Shown here in pieces: positions 11,456 through 23,424 of a DNA stretch of 64,000 bases. The notes beneath the pieces were generated by a model, which was given only the letters and a program-made list of their open reading frames with translations, was not told where the DNA came from and did no database searches. Each line of letters begins with the position of its first letter. Position 1 is the stretch's first letter. The translations under genes were made by a program, and so were the position numbers. This DNA is from Phallusia mammillata (taxonomy: Eukaryota), in assembly GCA_965637545.1 (NCBI GenBank), contig OZ281496.1, forward strand, positions 13,702,001 to 13,766,000. Reading direction: 5' to 3'.

Positions 11456-12515
11456 TAGGGTTGCCATTCGTCCGGATTTTCCCTGACATATCCGGGAATT
11501 CAGTGTTGAAAATGTACCTAAAAGTCCGGATTTCAAGAAAAAATATTTGTATATTTTATGAAATTAATGTACCAACGGAGAAAGTTTCTAATAGATAGCT
11601 ACAACCGCATCGATACCATGAGACGTAAAGAGGTAAACTGGCGGCGCGCAGGTTGACGTACCTGTTACTGTTTGATGTGTGTGCGCGCGTAACAATACCT
11701 GTTTGTTACTAGATGTTTAACAATATGCGTTAAATACACAAATAAAAATCCGCGTCTCAAGAAAACACAGCATTCAAAGCTATATGAGAACGTGGGAAAT
11801 TTCCTTTAACTGTGTACCTGATATGCAAGGAACTAACTAACAACTAAAAGTCGAATGCGTGAGACATCAGAACATTTTTACAGTGGCTTTTTTCTTTAAA
11901 TTTAAAAAGGTCCTTGTGACTCCCATCGTTTAATTTTGTTGGTTAAAAAAATAACTAAACAAAAGCTTGTGCAGAACGTTAATTGACAAGGATCAGAGTA
12001 TCGTATGCAACGTTTTCTCGTGTCGCTGTCCGTGTGACTTCCCAATATTCTAATTTATTCCGGAATAGAAGTGTTTGGATCACAAAAATGGTCGACGCAG
12101 CGGTTCTCAGACTGGGGTCCGCGGTCCTTTAGGGCATTTTGCGGGGACCTCGAAAAGGTGGAAGTAATTCTATATCCTTATTTGGCGTCAGTTTGTGCAA
12201 CTGGATGAGTTGAAATCAAAGTTCAAGTGAGAATCGACTGTCTCCATTGTTAAACAATAGGCTTTATTACATGACAACTAACAAAAATGCAATTGTTCGC
12301 GCACAATTTTAATGTTTTTGTCCTGTCTGTAATGGATCATTGTTATGCGCAATTTTGCATAACTAGCTAAAATCCTGCAATCAACTTTCGTTTTTCTGAA
12401 ATGCACACTCAGACTTACGTCAACACATTTAGACTTAAAGTTTGAGAAAAACTGGGTTCACGCAACCTAAATAAATTTTGTCAGGGATTGTGTTTCATAA
12501 AATATGGCAACCCTA
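11456..12515. mobile_element. Non-autonomous hAT with TAGGGTTGCCA termini (Blackjack/Tip100-like)
   Basis: 12-bp TIR TAGGGTTGCCAT / ATGGCAACCCTA and perfect TSD CTTTAGAT (11448-11455 / 12516-12523). Confidence 0.9.
12098..12454. mobile_element. Small hAT MITE nested in the 11456-12515 element
   Basis: Imperfect TIR CAGCGGTTCTCAGACT versus AGTTTGAGAAAAACTG; flanks GGTCGACG / GGTTCACG (6/8). Confidence 0.6.
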
Positions 12516-13901
12516 CTTTAGATTCATATGTGTCTTGTAAGCCTTGCTGAAATCTTACATCTTTTTGCGGAAAAATATTAGTAAAGTAACTTTCAACGAT
12601 TAATTCAAAGCCGGGTTCGACCCTCGGGCCCGAGTTTGGTATAATTTCCCTCTGAAAACAATAAATTTCCCACCGGGTAAGAACCACTGGCCTATGGGAT
12701 TGCAAAAGGGAATCCATGGATCAGTTGTCTGTGTGCACTCCAACATACAGCCTCTGTTATTCCAAGACCGATCACAACAGACACCCTTATTAAAGTACCA
12801 ACAAATTAACCTGGAAAAATTAAAGTCAATAAACACAAATTTTAAAGGTATTGCATATGTGATTTTTCAAATTTATTAGATCTGTAACAGGGCTTTTGTA
12901 TTAGATATTCAATTGAGAAAAATTAACTACGCAGAAGCTGATCTGTTGCAATACTGTGATGAAAAAACAGGTAGTTTAAAATTCCACTTCTTACATTTTA
13001 AAGCTTTGTAAATGTAACTCACTAATGTTTTGGCAAATATCCAAAAACCTTTACTTTACAGACCATGATATTCAAGACGGTACATTGCATTTGCCGAAGA
13101 ATGTCGTAAAAGAAATGCTTGAAGATGTGGAACTAACAACTTTAGGTTTCTTGTTTTACCTTTAAGTTATAATCTTTTTTTAAATCATGGATTGCACCCA
13201 GGTTGTGATTCTACAAACAACAACACACATAATAAGACAAACTCTGGATAGTATTAAGTGTATTTCAAAAATACATTTGCCAGAAGAGCTCTATAGACTT
13301 GAAACTCTGGAAATGGTAAGATTATTTTTTGGCAGTTTTTTTGTGAAAAGCGAAATAATAACTTGCGTTTTTGTAGAGGATTATAAGTCAAACCACTGTT
13401 CCTCTTGTGTCCTGCCTTCTCCCTACAAACCCAGCACAGTAGCTTTTTGATACGGATGATAAAATATTGTGTCTTGCACCTGGGGAATGAAACAAACCCA
13501 CCAAAGCACAAGAAGCAGAGGGTTTCCCTGTTTTATTTCCTTCTGGGAAAAATACTTTTCAACAAAAAAGTTGCATTTATTCGGTATTTAAACACAAGGA
13601 TTTTGAGTTGTGACAATAGGTTTGCTACCTGTGCTGAGTACATATTTTGGGTCAGTACATCAACGATGTAGCAACTGTTGCTTCATCCATTGCCATTACA
13701 ATGAGAAAAAACTACAACTACAATGCCCGATTGTAATACAATTACAAGGGATGTTTTACTTGTAGAGGAATCTATAAAGAAGTTTTTGAGAAAAGATGAA
13801 GCATATAAGTCGCTAAAAAGTATTCGTGGCAGTCCCCCATAATGGGAAAAAACCTAAAAGATTTGTTTGGCATGCTTAGACAACTTGGCATTCCTACTAG
13901 G

Positions 13902-14144
13902 TGTGGTGAATGTTATTTCTATGTTGTGTTCCGGTTTACCTTGTTCCGTTTTTCCTTTCCGTTACGCCATGTTACTTCCTTCCGGTCATTAGTGTTTTGT
14001 CTCGGTAAAAGTAGGATGTTTAGTTTTCTCTTCCGTTTAGGCTGATTCGTTTTCTACATTTCCTAAGTTATTTATTGTTTGTGTTGCAGATACATTATTT
14101 TACTTTAATAAAACCAGAGTTTAATTAACTTCTCAATGGTCACA
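13902..14144 (+). repeat. 5' LTR (243 bp)
   Basis: TG...CA termini, AATAAA at 14107-14112, homologous to 17708-17882. Confidence 0.92.
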
Positions 14145-14172
14145 ATTTATTAAAGTAAATTAAATTTTGATA

Positions 14173-14870
14173 ATGGAAAAGCAGCAACTTTCCAGACCAA
14201 AGGAACTCACAATAGCCACAACGGATCCTGAACCTTCAAAAATATTTACATATTGGCTAAGGACCGTGAAAGACTATATTGCATATCTTGAAGATGGCAG
14301 ATAACAAAACCCGAGTAATTATAAGTTGTTTATCTCCTTCTGTTTTCCCACTAGTGGAAGATGTCGAATCATATGACGATATTGTCACAACTCTGCAATC
14401 TGCATACGTAAAGAAAAAGAACAATGTGTATGCTCGTCATCTTCTTGTTAGTCGCCATCAACAAATGGATGAGGCCGCAACAGAATTTGCACAGTTTAAA
14501 ATCTTTGGCTAAAGATTGCACTTTCAAAGCTGTATCAGCAAGTGAGTACCGAGATGAATTAACCAGAGATGCGTTTATAAATGTTGCTGATTGCCTTGAT
14601 CGAGCACAGAAGCAGGCGGGGGGCAGAAGCCAGTTAGCTGTATCCGCTGTCCCTGGAGCTCAATCAGCGGAACAACACTCACCAGTTTCACGAGATGGCA
14701 ATTTAGTATCGTCAGAACTGTTGGCCGCATTCAAAAGTGGAAAAGCGCGCAAAAGATGTTTTTTTGTGGTGGTGGCTTGCACATAAGCCGACGTCCTGCA
14801 CGCAATGCAATGTGCCATTATTGCAACAAACGTAGCCATTTTGCAAAAGTTTGTTTAACCAAACCACCTG
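14173..14870 (+). pseudogene. Gypsy gag (frameshifted, internally deleted)
   Basis: MEKQQLSRPKEL...YWLRTVKDYI / IISCLSP...AYVKKKNNVYARHLLVSRHQQ / LAKDCTFKAVSASEYRDELTRDAFIN spread over several frames, with a zinc-knuckle remnant CHYCNKRSHFAKVC near 14810-14850. Confidence 0.8.
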
Positions 14871-14948
14871 AGGCCGATAGCGCGGCGTCAGTAAGGCGCG
14901 CTCGGTCCCGCAGTTGTAAAAGGAAACGTTGAAGGCCAGATTGTTGAC

Positions 14949-17435
14949 GTGTTGATTGACACGGGTGCATCAGAGAACTTTATAAACAAGAATGCTGCTG
15001 GGCGATTGCAACTTACAGGACGCGGGGACTCGCAACAAATTTCGTTAGCCATGCGCAGAATGGAGGCCAAGATTGAAGGTAGAACAGAAGCTAATATCAC
15101 ATTGTTGGGTCGAGAATATTCCAATTTGCAACTCGGTGTGATGCCAGATCTCTGCGCTGATGTAATCTTGGGGCAGAATTTTCTTAAACTACATTCTGAA
15201 GTTATTTTCCAGTACGGCGGACCTGAACGACCATTAAAAATACCTTTTGTTAAGACTCACCCAGTGCTTAATGTTTCAGCTGCCAAACTGAAACCTTCGA
15301 GAATATTTCAGTTCTTGGATCCGAGCTGCAAACCTATTGCCAAAAAGTCACGACGATATAGCCCTGATGATCGCAACTTCATAGAATCTGAAATTAAACG
15401 TCTGCAGGCGGCAGGAATCGTGGAACCAGCAAAATCACCTTGGCGAGCCCAAGTGTTGGTAGTGGAACAACACAGAGGAAAGAAGCGTCTTTGCATCGAC
15501 TATTCAGTAACTATTAATAAATTCACATACCTAGATGCGTATCCTTTGCCTCGAATGGAAGAATTAGTGAACAAGATCGCACATGACTCTGTATACAGTT
15601 CATTTGATATGAAGTCCGCATACCATCAAATTCCACTGTTTTCTGAAGAGAGACCAATGACCGCGTTTGAAGGCAATGGGAGGCTGTATCAGTATCGTCG
15701 ACTGCCCTTTGGCGTCACTGATGGAGTTGCAGCGTTTCAGCGAGTTATGGATGAATTTATACGGCGCCATAGACTAACTAAGGTGTATGCGTATCTTGAC
15801 GACCTGACCGTAACTGGTGCTACCGATAAAGAATACAAAGAAAATCTTGAGCGTTTACTGGAGGCTGCTAGAAGTGACGGTTTGACTTTTAATGAAGCAA
15901 AGTCCAAAATTGGTGTAAGGAGTCTGGACTTACTTGGATATCGTGTGTCCCACGGGGAAGTACGTCCCGATCCAAGCCGTTTACAACCGTTAATCGATAT
16001 GCGCCCGCCAAATTCTACTAAAGAACTGAAAAGAGTGAATGGATTATTTGTATACTACGCAAAATGGATTGTAGATTTTTAAAAAAAAGCGCGACCTCTG
16101 TTGTCTACTACTGAATTTCCTCTGCAAGCTAAGCCTCTTGAAGCCTTTAATGTCTTAAAATCTGATCTTGGAAAAGAAAGCTTAGGGACAATTAAAGATA
16201 ATGTTCCGTTTGAAGTAGAAACCGATGCGTCTGATTATGCTGTACCAGCAATACTGTCACAAGATGGTCGACCCGTAGCGTACATGTCTCGTACGCTCAA
16301 CAAATGCGAGCGAAATTATCCTGCTGTTGAAAAAGAAGCCTCGGCTATCATCGAAGCCTCTCGCAAGTGGTCTCAATTTCTCAAAGGCAGGCATTTTACT
16401 TTAATCACTGATCAACGTTCCGTAAGCTTCATGTTTGATCAGAAAAATCGAGAAAAAATTAAGAACACAAAAATACTTGCATGGCGCCTTGAACTTGGTC
16501 AGTTTAGTTACTCTATTCGTCACATACCAGGAATTCACAACGTTGCACCCGATGCCATGTCTCGCATTTGTGCTTCCGTCACATCGACTAAAACCTTACG
16601 TGCGATTTACAAACAGCTGTGTCATCCAGGTTTTGCCAGACTGTATCACTTGATCCGGACCCGCAATCTTTCATATACAAGTGAAGAAGCGAAAAGCGTC
16701 GGGCAGCAGTGTCAGACTTGCGCGGAAATTAAGCCTCGATTCTTTCAACCTGCTTCTCAATCCCTAGTACAAGCAACTAAACCGTGTGACCGATTGTCAA
16801 TTGATTTTAAAGGATCTGTAAGAGGACCAAACCCATACTTGCTTGTAGTTATTGATGAATATAGCAGATTCCCTTTTGTTTTTCCGTGTTCTGCGATGAC
16901 ATCAAAAACAGTGATTGGTTGTCTAAATACCCTTTTCTGTCTCTTCGGTTTTCCTGCGTACATACATAGTGACCGAGGTCTATCGTTCATTAGTCGCGAA
17001 GTTAAGCCATTTCTTTCAGAACGAGGCATTGCAGCAAGCAACTCTTCTCCATACCACCCCACAGGTAATAGCCAATGCGAACGCGCAAATCAAACTATTT
17101 GGCGCGCCATTAAACTTCTGTTACACAGCAAAGGTTTGTCAGAAGCAAAATGGGAAAGTGTTCGAAATGAAGCTCTCCATGCAATTAGGACATTAGTTTG
17201 TACAGCAGTGAATGAAACACCACATGAAAGAATGTTTCGTTTCCGAAGAAGAGCTATGTTCGGAGCATCGATGCCAACTTGGTTGTTATCAGAGGGCTCC
17301 GTTCTCTTGCGGCGCCACGTTCGAAACAAAGGCGACGTCTATGCGATGAAGTCTATCTTATTGATGCGATACCATCATACGCATTTATTCGCCACTCTAA
17401 CGGAAGGGAGGACACGGTATCCACATCGGATCTAG
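14949..17435 (+). pseudogene. Gypsy pol (protease-RT-RNase H-integrase) with one in-frame stop and a late frameshift
   Basis: LIDTGAS protease, YLDD RT, ETDASD...EKEA RNase H, HPG...CQTC zinc finger and IDFKG / HSDRG / CERAN integrase. ORFs 14949-16082 and 16101-17435 are in the same frame, separated by TAA at 16080-16082. Confidence 0.93.
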
Positions 17436-17707
17436 CCCCGTGTCCGCATTCTTGTACGGACGACATAAGACCGTCAATTGAAGCTGCCGAAGAAGATGTA
17501 TATGCAACGATAATGTAGCAGGGCCTTCATCTCCTAAACGACAGTGATGAAACGGTGTTAGAGGAAAACGCTCCAATAACACCAACCCCAAGGAGATCAC
17601 ACCGGGACCGCAGCCCCCCTAATAGATTTGGGGAATGGACTGCTGCGATTTTTCAAACATGAACATTTGTTTCCTGTTTGCTCCTTGTTTTCTTTTGTGG
17701 GGGAGAC

Positions 17708-17882
17708 TGTGGTGAATGTTATTTCTATGTTGTGTTCCGGTTTACCTTGTTCCGTTCTCTTCCGTTTAGGCTGATTCATTTTCTACATTTCCTAAATTAT
17801 TTATTGTTTGTGTTGCAGATACATTGCTGTATTTTTACTTTAATAAAGCCAGAGTTTAACTAACTCCTCAATTGTCATCACA
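17708..17882 (+). repeat. 3' LTR (175 bp, ~70 bp shorter than the 5' LTR)
   Basis: Same start TGTGGTGAATGTTATTTCTATG as 13902; lacks an internal block of the 5' LTR; ends TCATCACA. Confidence 0.92.
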
Positions 17883-19347
17883 CAAGGTTATGCAGCTTTT
17901 CAGCAGCTGATAGGCGATGGCTAGAAATAATTGAGACAATTTGCGTATCACACAACAACTCTATACCTGTTCTGGACTGGGAATCTCATACTGCAAGCTT
18001 GTAGCAATCAACCCTGTTACAGCAGCATGTTTGACCAACGGGTTAACCACTTTCTTAACGATATGTTTATGTCTGACGCTCAACCGATCGGAGAGGTTGT
18101 AGATTTCTTTTACAGGACTGAATTTCAAATGAGAGGTAAGAAATTTTATGATACCTTATAACACATACAATCAACATCAGTTTTCAAACTTCTTACGTTG
18201 GCATCCATGCACTTTTCTGGGTAAAAGATGCACCACTAAGTCCAAATGAAGAGGTTTACCAATTTATTGATAAATACATCACTTTTCCTGATGCGCAAGA
18301 AGATCCAGAGCTGCATGAAATGGTAACAAAGCTGCAAACACATAGCAAAAAAACACACATTCCAAATCATGCAAAAAAGGTGGAAAAGTTTGCAGGTCAA
18401 TACGTTCAGCATTTTTAATGGTTTATATTTCCAAATACTGTCTTACTACTTGGTAATCCATTTGCAGATTTAATTTTCCACGTCCAAGTAGCTCTGCTAC
18501 GTTTGTGTCTAAACCTGTTTCAGATGAAACCAAAACCAAGAAAACTTATACTGAGTCAATGCAAATCTTGCAGACCATATGTAGTATGCTTGCCTGGGAT
18601 TTGTCACCAGATAAAGATGCTGATGTACTGCAGCTACTGCTACAGGTAACATATATATCACATTTGCACACGGTTTAACAACAGAAAAACTACAAAACGC
18701 ATTTTCGCAAAACGCTAGGTTAACCCTTTACAGTACGTTAATTTAAAAAGAGATCCAGAAGAGTGTTGGGTGAATGCTTCCAACTCACATCTGCTTCGTG
18801 CATGCACGCCAATATGCATTTTTAGTTTGTGCTTGACCCCTTCAGCTGAGATGTGACAAACAGAAAAACTTACATGCAGAAACAATTCACTCATCGTGAG
18901 ATAAGCCTTATGGAATCAGCCTTTAGATTGGTTTACCTCTTAACGCATGTTCGTCTGCTTTTGACTGGTCGTTAGCCATTAAATTTTCCAGTAACTAATC
19001 AACGGCTTAAGATTCATCAATAACCAAAATTAAACAATATTTAACAGCAATTGCGACAATTTGACACACCACAGAAGTGTGCCATAGCACTGAAATGAAT
19101 ATTACTGCTTTGTAGCGTGACAATTATAATTCTGGTATCAAAGTAAGTCGTAACAATTAAGCCTGGTTTACACGAGCTTCTTCGAGCGCGAACGTGTTGT
19201 TTGTTTTATTGTAACTTGCGTAACGCGCGTCACGCTTGCTGCGCTTGTCGCGCCGTTCGCTTGCAACGCTCAAAAAGCGATAAATTCTCGAGTCACGCTT
19301 GTTGCGCCAGACTGTCGTTGTGTTGTCGGGAAACTAAAACAGGCAAG

Positions 19348-20732
19348 ATGGACCAGATTTCGGATGAGGATTTCATCCTGCAAGTTGAAAAGCACGAAAA
19401 TTTATACAACGTGGCAATCCACTCCTATAAAGACAGAAAAAAACGTGAAGCATCGTGGAACAGGATAGCAGAATTTTTTCACCTGGAAGGTTGGTAATTA
19501 TACAACCAAGTTTAACCAGTTTGAAATAACTAAACTTTCTGATGGCAGTTTGTATTTGCATGGTTGTTTAAAATAAGAGACACATACAGCTGGTTGAATA
19601 GTGAATCAGCTACCTTTACAGAAATCCAGCAGTGTAGCAACAAGTTGAGTAAAAATGTGTTTTAGGTTCAGACAGGGTAAAGAAATGCATTTTACGGTGG
19701 AAATCAATCAGGGATAAATATTTACGAGAAAAACGAAAGTAGAAGAGGCTTATAAAAGTGGTTCGGCAGCTTCATCTGGTTCAACTTTGCCACTTTATTC
19801 TGTTTTAAGTTTTATATCTCCATATGTTCAGCCAAGAAGGTATTTAGTTGGGCCAAAAATTTTAGTATTTGTCTCAATAAACTGTTTACAGTCTTGTATT
19901 GTTGTGCTGTCAATCAATCTATGTTTTTATTGTAAATTGTTATAACTTTTGATAAGATTGATCTATAGCTAAATAAATGAAGTTGGAAAGTTATACCTAA
20001 ATTTTAACTGAAAAATTAGTATAACCCACTGAGGCTTTGCTGTTCTTGGATTTGGCTTGCAGCTTGGAAAAGATTAAGGACCTGGTTTTAATAGTAAGTA
20101 ACTTGTAACAAATATTTTGTTGCAATTTTCAGCACTTCATCAAACATGGTTGATCTGACAAACACCATAGAGGTTGAGGCAGAAAATTTTATAATTGAAG
20201 ATAATGACACATTGTCATTGTCAACAACTAGTGAAACAGGTTTGAAATGAAAGCACTGTAAAAAGCATTTACCAGATGATTATTGAATTTGTGTTAACAA
20301 ACATATGTTGCAGATTTTGTTGAGTATGCACCTGCACCAAAAAAGAAAAACAAACCACCCAATGAGTTTGAAGCAAAGCTGCTTGAATGTCTCAAAGAAC
20401 CGCCTCCAAGTAAGTAACAAAGTGTTTTGGTTTTCACCTTAAATGTACTCTTTCAACATACTGTTATAATTGATCATGTTTTAAATCTCTAACTATTCGG
20501 GTTTTTTGTGGCACTATATGAATATGCAGTCAGAACCATCAAATACATATTTTTGCATTTTTAAATGTTGTGCAAGTGTAAAATATGGTCTTATACTTTT
20601 GTAGATGTCAACAATGATGAAGATCAACTTTTTATGTTGAGCTGTGTGCCACAACTAAAGTTACTTCCCAAAAATAAAAAAAACAACTTTAAAATTGAAG
20701 TCTTAAAACTGCTGTCTGCTCTAAGTGAATAA
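19348..20732 (+). pseudogene. Harbinger accessory gene, MADF plus BESS domains, five exons, degenerate
   Basis: Exon 1 MDQISDEDFILQVEKHENLYNVAIHSYKDRKKREASWNRIAEFF (MADF), exon 2 LRWKSIRDKYLRE (with stop/frameshift), last exon DEDQLFMLSCVPQLKLLPKNKKNNFKIEVLKLL (BESS-like). GT-AG introns. Confidence 0.8.
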
Positions 20733-20835
20733 AAAACTCATAAACTCAATTTATGTTCAAACAAATGGTGTATGTTTATATGTTACAAATAATACACAAT
20801 ACACAAGTTTAAAGCTTGGGGAAATTTAAGCAGCA

Positions 20836-22190
20836 TCAAAAGCAAATATTTGTTTTTAAATCATTTCGTTTTGCCATTGGCAATGAACCAAAATCACTAT
20901 TAAAATATTGCATTCGGTTATGCCTAACTTCTTCAGCTCTGTTTGAATGTCGACGTCCAGTACGATTCAATGGCCGCCATGCTGACTGTGGTTGGGTATC
21001 GTGGTCACTGTTCTCGAGTACTGTGGAATCATTAGAGGTTTCCTGCCTCAAAAAATTGTGTAAAACAGTGCAGGCCTTGACAACGCTGTCTGCCCGACGG
21101 GGAATGATCGATAATGGCCGACGAAAAACACGAAAACGCGACGCTAGAATACCGAACGCATTTTCAACGATTCGCCTTGCCCGCGAAAGTCTATTGTTAA
21201 AAACTCTCTTATCACAACTGAGGCCGGGGCCAGGAAAAGTACGCATAATGTTGTACCGCAAAGGAAACGCCTCATCGGCGACAAATACAAAAGGCATTTT
21301 ATTTTTAGTCCAGGCAACAATTCTTCACGGGGCAGATCCAATTCCTCGTCGATCAGCTTACGTCAAAAAGTAGAATAGCGCAAAACACTGCCGTCGCTCT
21401 GACGGCCGTACGCACCAACATCAACGACAATAAAGTTGTAATCGGCATCTGCCACAGCCAGCAAAACAATACTATGACATTTTTTATAATTAAAGTACAA
21501 CGATCCACTGTTAGCTGGGGCTTGTAAATGGACGTGTTTTCCGTCTATACTTCCAACACAATGTGGAAACTGCCAGATTCGTTCAAAACTGTTTGCCACT
21601 TTTTTCCACATTTTCATGTCGGGAGTCGGCATATAGATTGGCTGCAACGTATTCCACAACATTTGGCAGGTATGCGGCACGATTTGAGAGATGGTCGATT
21701 TATGAACACGAAATGAATAGCCAATGCTCTGGTAAGAATCCCCTGTAGCCAAAAATCTAAAAAATCTTTTAATATTAAAATCAATGCCGATTGGAGAAGT
21801 ATAGGCCTACTAGCATAGGTGCCAATTTACCTCAACGTAATACCCAGTCGTTCTGCTGCTGAAATAGGCCTCCTCATATTAGTGGTTTGCTTGGTTATAC
21901 TGGTTTCAATCATTGCCAAAAGTTTATCAAATAAAGACGGAGACATTCTAAAATATTTCTGAAATTCTTCCGGTCTCTCATTCCGAAGTTCCTGTACCAG
22001 TGTATGAAACTCCCCATTTAAACAGTAAAAACAGTTATAAACACACATTTGCTATGCACCTTTTTATTGTGTTAAGTTACCTTTCTGGTGGCGGCGTTGC
22101 AAAATGGGATGCACCCAAAACCGCCTCTGCCGTCGCTTGGCCAACAAGTAGCAACAACTCAAAACTTTTTTACGTCGCACATACCATCAT
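20836..22190 (-). pseudogene. Harbinger DDE transposase (ALP1/HARBI1-like), spliced and frameshifted
   Basis: RRFWVHPIL / GEFHTLVQEL...YFRMS...ISAAERLGITLR / FLATGDSY...GSIDGKH...GRQSDG / FVADEAFPL...RARRIVENAFGILASRFRVF. Confidence 0.92.
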
Positions 22191-22439
22191 CTGTTTATTG
22201 AAACTTGTGCATTCATGTTTTTGTTTTCATTCATTCATACACATTAACACCTCAAAAATACCATACAAGATCATATGTGAAAATATAATGTGACACGCCA
22301 AAGTTACTACAGTCACGCTTGACTTAACATAGTGTATACGCACTTCGCTTCGTACGCGTCATACGCGTCTCTTTTCGCACGCGCGAACATTGTCCGTGTA
22401 AACCAGCCTTTAGAGTGTTTGTGTTACAGTGAAATAATT

Positions 22440-23175
22440 TGCAGTTGAGCGGTTTAAAGAGAAAGGAAACGTATTACTTTAATGATAAATGGAAGGTCGA
22501 ATATTTTTTTTGTCATGGTAAAAGAGAATAATTGCACATGTCTCATCTGTCATACTTCTCTTGTATTGACCAAGGAAGAAAATTTGTAAAATACTTTATG
22601 ACACGCCATATACGATTTGGAAAAAAAGACTTTATGACACGTCAATACTATTACTATTCTCTTGGAAGTGAAGCAAGGAAAAGATAAAAAGTTAAAGAGC
22701 TCACAACAAGATTTCGAGAACAGCAAATAAGTCTTAACAAGATTTTGTATTTCGTCAAAAGGAACTATTTTAGCCTCATTTAAAGCAAGTTGTTTCTTTG
22801 AAAAAAGAAAACCATTCTTAGGTTGAAAGATGCTAAAAGAATGCTTTCTAGAAATTGTAGACAGTCGGGAATTTTCGTAAAAAAAACGAGATTAAAGAGC
22901 GATTAAAGAGCTACAGTTGTCGAGAAACAAAGAAGAATAGAAAACATAAGAGGAATAGCAACTTTTTCTGAAATGGTTTTACTAGCTGTGAGTGCTATTC
23001 ATTGCAACTTAATAGGTCAACAGCCGCACAGGTTTTTTTGTTTGTGCGTATGTTTTTTATGACTGGAGCATTAAGAAGAGGTTTGTGTAAGTGGCAGCCT
23101 AAATTATTACCGATCAACCCATCGTGTAGGATTAAAGAACGTCGATCTTTACGACTAACAAGTTGGCCACCCCTG
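22440..23175 (+). mobile_element. Decayed GTF2IRD2-like hAT deletion derivative (right end retained)
   Basis: BED-finger relic (FFVMVKENNCTCLICHTSL) at ~22500-22600 and right TIR AGTTGGCCACCCCTG ending at 23175, followed by GTCTATAG. Left TIR not found. Confidence 0.65.
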
Positions 23176-23424
23176 GTCTATAGTCCCGAAGATGTCGTCA
23201 TTTATTTACGGTATGCACTAACGAAAAAGGTTGCACACCCCTCGTTTAGACTATTTTTTGCGCCGGTCACTTTGTTTCAAATATTGACGTCTATATAAGT
23301 GTTGATCGCCAAGTAGATCGTTCTCCTGAACCTTTCTCATCAGCTTTAGCTGTCATTGTGTTAATGACTTCATGATGGGTAATCCAGTTCCAGGAAGATG
23401 GCGTTTGTTTGAAAACATCTAAGA

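Larger units (their letters stand above)
11127..12689. mobile_element. Non-autonomous hAT (Charlie-like), host of two further nested elements
   Basis: Ends CAGTGGTTCTTAACC (11127) and GGGTAAGAACCACTG (12675-12689). Flanks GTCTAAGG / GCCTATGG (6/8 identity). The Helentron reading frame (IVAL-PMG-LQKG) resumes exactly across the site. Confidence 0.85.
13902..17882 (+). mobile_element. Ty3/Gypsy LTR retrotransposon, near full length, degenerate
   Basis: Two homologous LTRs TGTGGTGAATG...CACA, 5-bp TSD CTAGG / CAAGG (13897-13901 / 17883-17887), gag then PR-RT-RH-IN order, purine tract GGGGAGA before the 3' LTR. Inserted in the Helentron Rep motif GIPT|xLCSFSAAD. Confidence 0.95.
4260..18950 (+). 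mobile_element. Helentron/Helitron2 Rep(-helicase) relic, fragmented by nested insertions
   Basis: After removing the insertions the pieces are colinear: K/R/Y-rich N-terminal repeats (4260-5352, 7873-8142); DUF6570-like WICFT...MPRLA...IPDELSSLNTLERHLVSPIIPFIKIVAL (10898-11126) continuing as PMGLQKGIHGSVVCV (12690-12760); Rep region APGE...FPVLFPSG...RFA...IRGSPP*W...KDLFGMLRQLGIPT (13400-13901), SFSAAD...NPVTAA...FFYRTEFQMRG/IHALFW (17888-18230), CRFNFPRP, and LKRDPEECWVN...ANM...FVLDP (~18740-18845). Many stops and frameshifts; no helicase domain seen. Boundaries approximate. Confidence 0.88.
19160..22409. mobile_element. PIF/Harbinger transposon 1, complete ends, two convergent genes
   Basis: 15-bp TIR AGCCTGGTTTACACG / CGTGTAAACCAGCCT (1 mismatch) with TTA on both flanks (19157-19159, 22410-22412). 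Confidence 0.93.

Noticed and set aside
12611-12635. GGTTCGACCCT resembling a Pol III B-box (tRNA or SINE)
   Set aside because: No A-box or cloverleaf; it sits in the subterminal region of a hAT MITE.
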